A stretch of 64,000 nucleotides of DNA from the NCBI GenBank assembly GCA_964106645.2, contig CAXKZF020000232.1. One strand, 5' to 3'. Numbering within the stretch: the stretch's first letter is position 1; each line of letters begins with the position of its first letter. Shown piece by piece: positions 10,432 through 15,517 of this stretch. The notes under the pieces were generated by a model that saw nothing but the letters and a program-made list of their open reading frames with translations, did no database searches and was not told the origin of the DNA. The translations under genes and the position numbers were made by a program. This DNA comes from Podarcis pityusensis. Its lineage: Eukaryota.

Positions 10432-10630
10432 GTACGTAGAGTACCGCGGCGACGATGCGGCAGACGTCCTCGTGACACTGCTGATGAACCTCCGCCACGC
10501 AGATGCTGAGGGCGAGCGTGAGGTTCACGACGGCGGCTCAGAGACAGCACGACACGCAGAGCCCGAACGAATCGTTGGGTTCCAGCCCAACCCGGAGGAG
10601 GAACATGACGAACGTCATCCTGAACGTTGA
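10406..10630 (+). CDS. small acidic protein between the two polA halves
   Basis: 74-aa ORF overlapping both polA ORFs. Confidence 0.5.
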   Translation: MTETNSSFRYVEYRGDDAADVLVTLLMNLRHADAEGEREVHDGGSETARHAEPERIVGFQPNPEEEHDERHPER

Positions 10631-11360
10631 CCTGTCACAGGCAGAGCTCCGCGCGATGGCTCTGCTGTCCAACGATGAGTGGATGATCGGTGCCCTGCAA
10701 GAGGGTACGGGTGACTTCTTCTCGAACCACATGATGCCCGTGTGCTTCCCACAGCACCTCGTCAACTTCGGCACGATGGAGGCGTTCGCTGAGCAGGAGC
10801 CCGTCCTGTTCAAGGAGGAGCGCACCAAGGTCAAGGGTGTCCAGTACGGGCTGGCGTTCGGACGCACGGCACCAGCGATCGGCAAGGCGCTGGGCATGAG
10901 CACGGCTGAGGCCAAGACCATCATCAGCAACTACTTCGCCACGGCACCGAACTTCGCACAGTGGCGCGAGGATGTGAAGGCTGCTGCTATCGACCAGAGC
11001 AAGCGGGACCTCCTCGTGTCACCTACGGGCCGCAGGTTCCAGTCGGAAATGGTCACGACGAAGAACATGCATGCGATCCAGCGAGAGGCGCTGTCGTTCC
11101 TGCCTCAGTCCTCGTCGTCTGACATTTGCCTCATGTCTGCGATGCTCCTGCACCAGGAGATCCGGGCAAACAAAATCCCCTTCCGCATCTTCAACGTCGT
11201 TCACGACGCGATCATGCTGGAAGGGGACGAGGCTTACGCCGCGATGGTAGGGGAACTAACGGGGTCGATCATGCGGGAAGTCGGTGCGAAGATGATGGGC
11301 GATGCCGTGCCATTCCTCAGCGACTACAGCTTCGGGCCTAGCTGGTCTGATCTCTCCTAG
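10605..11360 (+). CDS. polA: DNA polymerase I, C-terminal part (palm/fingers)
   Basis: Motif A DLSQAELR, motif B RTKVKGVQYGLAFG, motif C VHDA; own GGAGGAGG RBS. Confidence 0.9.
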   Translation: MTNVILNVDLSQAELRAMALLSNDEWMIGALQEGTGDFFSNHMMPVCFPQHLVNFGTMEAFAEQEPVLFKEERTKVKGVQYGLAFGRTAPAIGKALGMSTAEAKTIISNYFATAPNFAQWREDVKAAAIDQSKRDLLVSPTGRRFQSEMVTTKNMHAIQREALSFLPQSSSSDICLMSAMLLHQEIRANKIPFRIFNVVHDAIMLEGDEAYAAMVGELTGSIMREVGAKMMGDAVPFLSDYSFGPSWSDLS

Positions 11361-11544
11361 CCATAGCCTCCTCCACAGCAAGTCCAAGGACAGTCAAGAA
11401 GTCCTTGGACTTGCTTCGTACTACGAACTCATCTTCACCGACCACACACTGCCAGCGGTTGCGGCCTAGGTCTTCGATCTCGATGTACATGTGGTGCTGT
11501 GCCTGCTCGCGGAAGACAGACCAGTAGAGGGGCTTAGTGCTCAT
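11338..11544 (-). CDS. hypothetical protein
   Basis: 68-aa ORF from ATG 11544 with an extended -10 (TGATATAGT) upstream. Confidence 0.55.
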   Translation of the reverse strand: MSTKPLYWSVFREQAQHHMYIEIEDLGRNRWQCVVGEDEFVVRSKSKDFLTVLGLAVEEAMARRDQTS

Positions 11545-11571
11545 ATTAGTACACACTATATCACATTGCGC

Positions 11572-11600
11572 TTGCGTTTCCGTGCAACATGTGCTATGAT
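11572..11600 (+). promoter_or_regulatory. promoter of tRNA block 1 leader
   Basis: TTGCGT-17nt-TATGAT, extended TG, ATG 6 nt downstream (leaderless). Confidence 0.75.
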
Positions 11601-11606
11601 AGACAC

Positions 11607-11678
11607 ATGACGCACTACGAAGTCCGAATGCACGCCGCCCTCCCGGCGTACTTCGACGTGCGTCTACACTCATGGTGA
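11607..11678 (+). CDS. attenuator leader peptide 1 (MTHYEVRMHAALPAYFDVRLHSW)
   Basis: Leaderless mini-ORF; codons match block-1 tRNAs; last codons complementary to the terminator 5' arm. Confidence 0.75.
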   Translation: MTHYEVRMHAALPAYFDVRLHSW

Positions 11679-11694
11679 CCTCCTAACAGAGAAG

Positions 11695-11731
11695 ATCCCC
11701 TGAGTGCTTGACACTCGGGGGATTTTCTGTT
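11695..11731 (+). terminator. terminator/attenuator before tRNA block 1
   Basis: ATCCCCTGAGTG-CTTGA-CACTCGGGGGAT stem followed by TTTCTGTT. Confidence 0.8.
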
Positions 11732-11748
11732 AGTATGTTCATCTACTA

Positions 11749-11821
11749 GGGTCATTAGCTCCAACGGTAGAGCGCCTGTTTTGCAAGCAGGATGTTGTCG
11801 GTTCGAATCCGACATGATCCA
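11749..11821 (+). tRNA. tRNA-Ala(TGC)
   Basis: Full cloverleaf, G3:U70. Confidence 0.95.
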
Positions 11822-11822
11822 C

Positions 11823-11898
11823 TGCGGTGTAGGGGAGTTCGGTTGTCCCCGCCAGTCTCATAATCTGGAGATCGTGGGTTCAAATCCCACCACCGTAA
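11823..11898 (+). tRNA. tRNA-Met(CAT)
   Basis: Cloverleaf, loop CTCATAA. Confidence 0.9.
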
Positions 11899-11923
11899 CG
11901 GTATAACTCAATAGTGATACTAT

Positions 11924-11995
11924 CCGAATGTACGCAAGTGGTATGCGGCGAAGTTTGGGACTTCGAAGTCAGAGGTTCGACCCCTCTCATTCGGA
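11924..11995 (+). tRNA. tRNA-Pro(TGG)
   Basis: Cloverleaf. Confidence 0.9.
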
Positions 11996-11997
11996 CT

Positions 11998-12074
11998 GTG
12001 ACTGTGACGGAGCGGCCTAACGTCGCTGATTGTGGATCAGTAGTTCGTGGGTTCGAATCCCACCAGTCACCCCA
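11998..12074 (+). tRNA. tRNA-His(GTG)
   Basis: Cloverleaf, C73, encoded CCA. Confidence 0.9.
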
Positions 12075-12075
12075 T

Positions 12076-12147
12076 GTGTTTGAAGCTAAACGGTTCAGCG
12101 CTCGGTTGTCAGCCGAGAGATAGCGGGTTCAACTCCCGTCAGACACG
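12076..12147 (+). tRNA. tRNA-Asp(GTC)
   Basis: Cloverleaf, G73. Confidence 0.9.
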
Positions 12148-12197
12148 CATAGTCCCCGGCCTGAGAGTGACACCAAGCACTTACTCCGGGGGCGTCC

Positions 12198-12270
12198 GGT
12201 CCATTAGAGTAGCGGTAATCTCGTCTGATTCTCAGTCAGAAGATCACGGGTTCGAATCCCGTATGGACTA
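12198..12270 (+). tRNA. tRNA-Glu(CTC)
   Basis: Cloverleaf. Confidence 0.92.
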
Positions 12271-12405
12271 CGGTGAGACTATAGGTACCTAGCAGACTTG
12301 TAGCATCACTACACAACTGAATAGTCGGCGTCGTAGTACCTTCCATATTCAACCGAAGACAAGGTAGAGTGTTGTGCAAGGGCCGCGAGGATCACGCCGA
12401 CGTTA

Positions 12406-12478
12406 GGCTCGTTAGAATAGCGGTCAGTTCCCCAGGCTTTCAACTTGGATGGCACCGGTTCGAATCCGGTACGAGTCA
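12406..12478 (+). tRNA. tRNA-Glu(TTC)
   Basis: Cloverleaf. Confidence 0.92.
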
Positions 12479-12479
12479 C

Positions 12480-12560
12480 GGTTCGCATGGCACAAGGTGT
12501 GCTCGCTGGTTGTAACCCAGTCGCCTTCGGGCATGGGGAGTTCGATTCTCTCGCGGACCA
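12480..12560 (+). tRNA. tRNA-Tyr(GTA)
   Basis: Cloverleaf with long variable arm. Confidence 0.85.
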
Positions 12561-12614
12561 CTTGTGTGGGATTCCATTCACACAGCCCTGTACGCTGGTA
12601 CGTGCAGGGCACCC

Positions 12615-12687
12615 GCCTCGCAAGCTCAGTTGGAAGAGCGCCGGATTGAAACCCCGGAGGTTGCCAGTTCGACTCTGGCGCTTGGCA
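12615..12687 (+). tRNA. tRNA-Phe(GAA)
   Basis: Cloverleaf; two acceptor-stem mismatches. Confidence 0.8.
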
Positions 12688-12707
12688 CTCCAAACGAAGG
12701 AGGAAGC

Positions 12708-12803
12708 ATGAATACACTTTGGTGCTGGTTCACCGGGGGACATCGTAAGGTCTACGACTTTGGGTATCCGGTCTGTTCCAAGTGTGGCATCCTACTTCGG
12801 TAG
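12708..12803 (+). CDS. small Cys/His-containing peptide
   Basis: AAGGAGG RBS; C...GH...CSKC. Confidence 0.6.
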   Translation: MNTLWCWFTGGHRKVYDFGYPVCSKCGILLR

Positions 12804-12814
12804 GAGGTGATGAA

Positions 12815-12895
12815 ATGACACGGTGGGACTGGGGAAGATTCTTCTTTGGGGTTGCCCTGTGGTGTGTATACGCTGCGGCGTCCATCGCCTACTAG
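12815..12895 (+). CDS. small membrane peptide
   Basis: AGGAGGT RBS; hydrophobic, 26 aa. Confidence 0.5.
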   Translation: MTRWDWGRFFFGVALWCVYAAASIAY

Positions 12896-12969
12896 CACGA
12901 GTGGCCCAACTGGTAGAGGCACCCTCTCAAACGGGGTTCAGCGTGTGGGTTCGAAGCCCACCTCGTGTA
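12895..12969 (+). tRNA. tRNA-Leu(CAA)
   Basis: Cloverleaf, short variable region. Confidence 0.8.
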
Positions 12970-13022
12970 CAACACAGGGTTGTGACCCACCACTCGGAAG
13001 GCTCCACCGTGACGGAGCACAT

Positions 13023-13096
13023 GCCTCTCTATCCCAACTGGTAGAGGAAGCAGGCTTAGACCCTGTACAGTGAGAGTTCGAATCTCTCGGGAGGCA
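13023..13096 (+). tRNA. tRNA-Leu(TAG)
   Basis: Cloverleaf, short variable region. Confidence 0.88.
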
Positions 13097-13104
13097 CAAT
13101 CAAG

Positions 13105-13133
13105 TTGACATCGAGCAGAGAGTGTGCTATAGT
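13105..13133 (+). promoter_or_regulatory. promoter of tRNA block 2 leader
   Basis: TTGACA-17nt-TATAGT, extended TG, ATG 6 nt downstream. Confidence 0.85.
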
Positions 13134-13139
13134 ATAACT

Positions 13140-13205
13140 ATGAACACGGTAACAGGAACCAAGCAGTCGGGCAATATCGTCCGTCTCCTCGGGGTGCCGT
13201 CGTAA
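13140..13205 (+). CDS. attenuator leader peptide 2 (MNTVTGTKQSGNIVRLLGVPS)
   Basis: Leaderless mini-ORF; codons match block-2 tRNAs; GGGGTG complementary to the terminator 5' arm. Confidence 0.78.
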   Translation: MNTVTGTKQSGNIVRLLGVPS

Positions 13206-13224
13206 AGCAATCTAAGCTCTACCC

Positions 13225-13258
13225 ACCCCACGATCTTCGGATGGTGGGGTTTTTACTT
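13225..13258 (+). terminator. terminator/attenuator before tRNA block 2
   Basis: ACCCCACGATC-TTCG-GATGGTGGGGT followed by TTTTACTT. Confidence 0.85.
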
Positions 13259-13351
13259 GGATGGATAACCCGAGCGAGGACTATCGGGCGCTGTCTTGAA
13301 AACAGTTGGCGATTGCATCGCGTAGGAGTTCGAGCCTCCTTCCATCCGCCA
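13259..13351 (+). tRNA. tRNA-Ser(TGA)
   Basis: Cloverleaf, long variable arm, GCCA end. Confidence 0.9.
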
Positions 13352-13374
13352 CACAACTCAATAGTGATACTAAT

Positions 13375-13459
13375 GGAATCGTGACAGAGCGGCAATGTGT
13401 CGGCTTGCTAAGCCGTAGCCTACCTCACGGTAGCGAAGGTTCGACCCCTTCCGATTCCG
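13375..13459 (+). tRNA. tRNA-Ser(GCT)
   Basis: Cloverleaf, long variable arm. Confidence 0.9.
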
Positions 13460-13578
13460 CACAGGAGGCTCGCATACTAGTTCGCACCCGACTTCAACCG
13501 ACTTGGGGAAGAGACAGGGTGGCTGGCGGTCCCAATACAGGTTCCCTCTCAGACCTGGCTCCGAAAAGAGAGGGGTAC

Positions 13579-13651
13579 GGATTGTTAGCTCAGTTGGTAG
13601 AGCAAGCGCCTCTTAAGCGTTAGGTCCTGGGTTCGAGCCCCAGACGATCCA
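13579..13651 (+). tRNA. tRNA-Lys(CTT)
   Basis: Cloverleaf. Confidence 0.95.
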
Positions 13652-13716
13652 CAGACTCAGACAGCCTAGGTTACAGTTCTGAGCGCCAGCGGAGGTTCGC
13701 CTCGTGGCTGGCATCC

Positions 13717-13790
13717 GGGTTACTGATGTTCAACGGTTAGCATGGCTGTCTTCCAAACAGCTCGTGGGGGTTCGAATCCCCCGTAGCCCT
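13717..13790 (+). tRNA. tRNA-Gly(TCC)
   Basis: Cloverleaf, U73. Confidence 0.88.
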
Positions 13791-13791
13791 C

Positions 13792-13864
13792 GCCCTTATA
13801 GCTCCAACGGTAGAGCAGCGATCTTGTAAATCGATGGTTGGGAGTTCGAATCTCTCTAGGGGCA
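13792..13864 (+). tRNA. tRNA-Thr(TGT)
   Basis: Cloverleaf. Confidence 0.92.
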
Positions 13865-13865
13865 C

Positions 13866-14249
13866 ATGGCAGGATACTACGAGCGGCACCCGCCCGAGGC
13901 GTGGGCCACAGCACTACAAGCACTCAAGGAGCAGAGGGGTTATGGCGAAGCATCAAGGCGATCAGGCATCAGCACTCGTGGAATTAGCAAAAGGTATCCG
14001 GGTATGGGTCTCCCGAGCGGTAGACGATATCCTGATAGCGTACGCGCTGACGCACAGAGACTACTTGACGATCGCGTCTCGTATCGAGAGGTACAGGCTA
14101 CGCTAGGTATCTCCCGCCACACAGTCCGTGACTGGTTCCCTGGTCGTGGCTGGACAGCACAGGAGGGTGGACAGTTCAAGTCCATGCTCCACTACAACTC
14201 AACAGTGACACTCAAGATGTGGGACAACAACCGCCGCAATCGCGGTTAG
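13866..14249 (+). CDS. tandem HTH DNA-binding protein
   Basis: Two HTH-like repeats (YGEASRRSGIS, SYREVQATLGISRHTV). Confidence 0.7.
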   Translation: MAGYYERHPPEAWATALQALKEQRGYGEASRRSGISTRGISKRYPGMGLPSGRRYPDSVRADAQRLLDDRVSYREVQATLGISRHTVRDWFPGRGWTAQEGGQFKSMLHYNSTVTLKMWDNNRRNRG

Positions 14250-14259
14250 GGTCCCTAAT

Positions 14260-14332
14260 GGATGATTAGCTCAGAGGCCAGAGCAGTTGGCTTACACCCA
14301 ATCGGTCGGGGGTTCGACTCCCTCATCATCCA
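14260..14332 (+). tRNA. tRNA-Val(TAC)
   Basis: Cloverleaf. Confidence 0.92.
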
Positions 14333-14334
14333 CG

Positions 14335-14501
14335 AGGTAGGTTTCCTCACACTCAAACACTTGCCAGCGCACCGGGCTTTTACCCCGGAGAGCGGGGACG
14401 CTATAGCTTCAATGGAAGAAGTGCCCGCCGATACGCGGGAGGTTGCTGGTTCGAGTCCAGCTAGCGGGAACACAGGAACTTGTGCAAGTGAGCACCTACC
14501 T
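14335..14501 (+). ncRNA. putative structured RNA with embedded Ile(GAT)-like tRNA domain (14397-14469)
   Basis: Outer stems AGGTAGGT/ACCTACCT and CACTTGC/GCAAGTG enclose a tRNA-like fold with a 6-nt anticodon loop. Confidence 0.55.
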
Positions 14502-14509
14502 ATACACTT

Positions 14510-14581
14510 TCCCCCATAGCTCAGCGGCAGAGCAGAGAGCTGTTAACTCTAAGGCCCCTGGTTCGATCCCAGGTGGGGGAG
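14510..14581 (+). tRNA. tRNA-Asn(GTT)
   Basis: Cloverleaf. Confidence 0.95.
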
Positions 14582-14582
14582 C

Positions 14583-14795
14583 GCGCGGAGTGCGAACTCC
14601 AAACACGATGAAGGGTCGCGCTATAATTAGCGACTAGGGTCGGTGCCACGGGGGTGCCGTGGAGTGCTGACCTCACAATAGCAGCGTCGCGGCTGCCGTG
14701 TAGCATCGTAGGGTTGGCCTCCTACGGGGTTGCTCGTCTGGAGATTCGATACCAGATGTTGGTGTGATTCGAACTTGCGGCACTCGGTTCCGCGC
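14583..14795 (+). ncRNA. putative ~213-nt structured ncRNA
   Basis: Ends pair (GCGCGGAGT/GTTCCGCGC); several internal hairpins; bounded by tRNAs. Confidence 0.5.
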
Positions 14796-14799
14796 ACAA

Positions 14800-14875
14800 G
14801 CCTTCGTATCAGCTCTGGCTACGAACCAGTTGAAACTGTAACGGACACATGGGAGTTCGAATCTCTCCGGGGGCA
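14800..14875 (+). tRNA. atypical tRNA-Arg(ACG) lacking a normal D-arm
   Basis: Acceptor stem, anticodon arm CTGG-CTACGAA-CCAG and canonical T-arm; 21-nt variable region. Confidence 0.65.
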
Positions 14876-14879
14876 CCCT

Positions 14880-14950
14880 TGCCCGTTAGTGTAACGGTAA
14901 CACGCCTGGTTCTGGCCCAGGTACTCTTGGTTCGAATCCAGGATGGGCAG
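14880..14950 (+). tRNA. tRNA-Gln(CTG)
   Basis: Cloverleaf. Confidence 0.93.
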
Positions 14951-14954
14951 CGAT

Positions 14955-15028
14955 GGTGAGGTGGCTGAATGGCTAGGCGCGTGGCTGCAACCCTCGACAT
15001 GCCGGTTCGACCCCGGTCCTCACCTCCA
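14955..15028 (+). tRNA. tRNA-Cys(GCA)
   Basis: Cloverleaf, U73, CCA. Confidence 0.9.
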
Positions 15029-15029
15029 C

Positions 15030-15098
15030 CCCGCCAGCATGGAGCACGAGGGTGTTCTAAGCCCGGTAGTGAGGGTTCGATTCCTTCTGGCGGGACCA
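15030..15098 (+). tRNA. atypical tRNA-Arg(TCT) with reduced D-arm
   Basis: CCCGCCA/TGGCGGG acceptor, ACCA end, T-arm, GGGT-GTTCTAA-GCCC. Confidence 0.55.
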
Positions 15099-15099
15099 A

Positions 15100-15174
15100 G
15101 GGTTATTAGCTCAGCGGTAGAGCGCTATCCTGATAAGATAGAAGTCCGGGGTTCAACTCCCTGATAACCCACCA
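15100..15174 (+). tRNA. tRNA-Ile(GAT)
   Basis: Cloverleaf, CCA. Confidence 0.95.
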
Positions 15175-15213
15175 CTTGCTTAAGATCCGTTAAGCGAGTA
15201 TACTAGGAGGACT

Positions 15214-15438
15214 ATGACTGTCACTGTTTACACCAAGAACAATTGCTTCGGATGCGGAGCGACCAAGCGCAAGCTCACCGAGGAGGGCATCGAGTTCATC
15301 GAGAAGAACGTGGACACAGACGAGAAGGCACGAGACAAGGTTATCGCCCTTGGCTTCATGCAGATGCCCGTCGTCGTGACCGACAAGGACTCATGGTTCG
15401 GATATGATCCGAGTCGGATTGCACAGATCACAGCATAA
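15214..15438 (+). CDS. nrdH: NrdH-like glutaredoxin
   Basis: VTVYTK..CFGC, QMPVV, W.GY.P; promoter TTGCTT-17-TATACT upstream. Confidence 0.9.
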   Translation: MTVTVYTKNNCFGCGATKRKLTEEGIEFIEKNVDTDEKARDKVIALGFMQMPVVVTDKDSWFGYDPSRIAQITA

Positions 15439-15452
15439 ATAGCCCCCAAGAT

Positions 15453-15486
15453 TAACCCGGCCAACTGGCCGGGTTTTCTTGTTTTT
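15453..15486 (+). terminator. intrinsic terminator
   Basis: AACCCGGCCA/TGGCCGGGTT followed by a T tract. Confidence 0.75.
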
Positions 15487-15517
15487 GGCCGGAAACTGTG
15501 ATATACTTAGGAACGCT

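Noticed and set aside
10395-10605. Group I intron or intein in polA
   Set aside because: No recognisable intron core or intein terminal residues; the downstream half has its own RBS.
10605-11360. Modified-base (dZ) polymerase
   Set aside because: No PurZ or other base-modification genes recognised in the genome.
12148-14799. HDV-like (theta) or twister ribozymes after tRNAs
   Set aside because: Could not build the required P1/P2/P3/P1.1 or twister topology by eye; needs a motif search.
15030-15098. Amber suppressor (CTA anticodon) tRNA or genome recoding
   Set aside because: The stem only pairs with TCT centred in the loop, and TAG is used as a normal stop in many genes.
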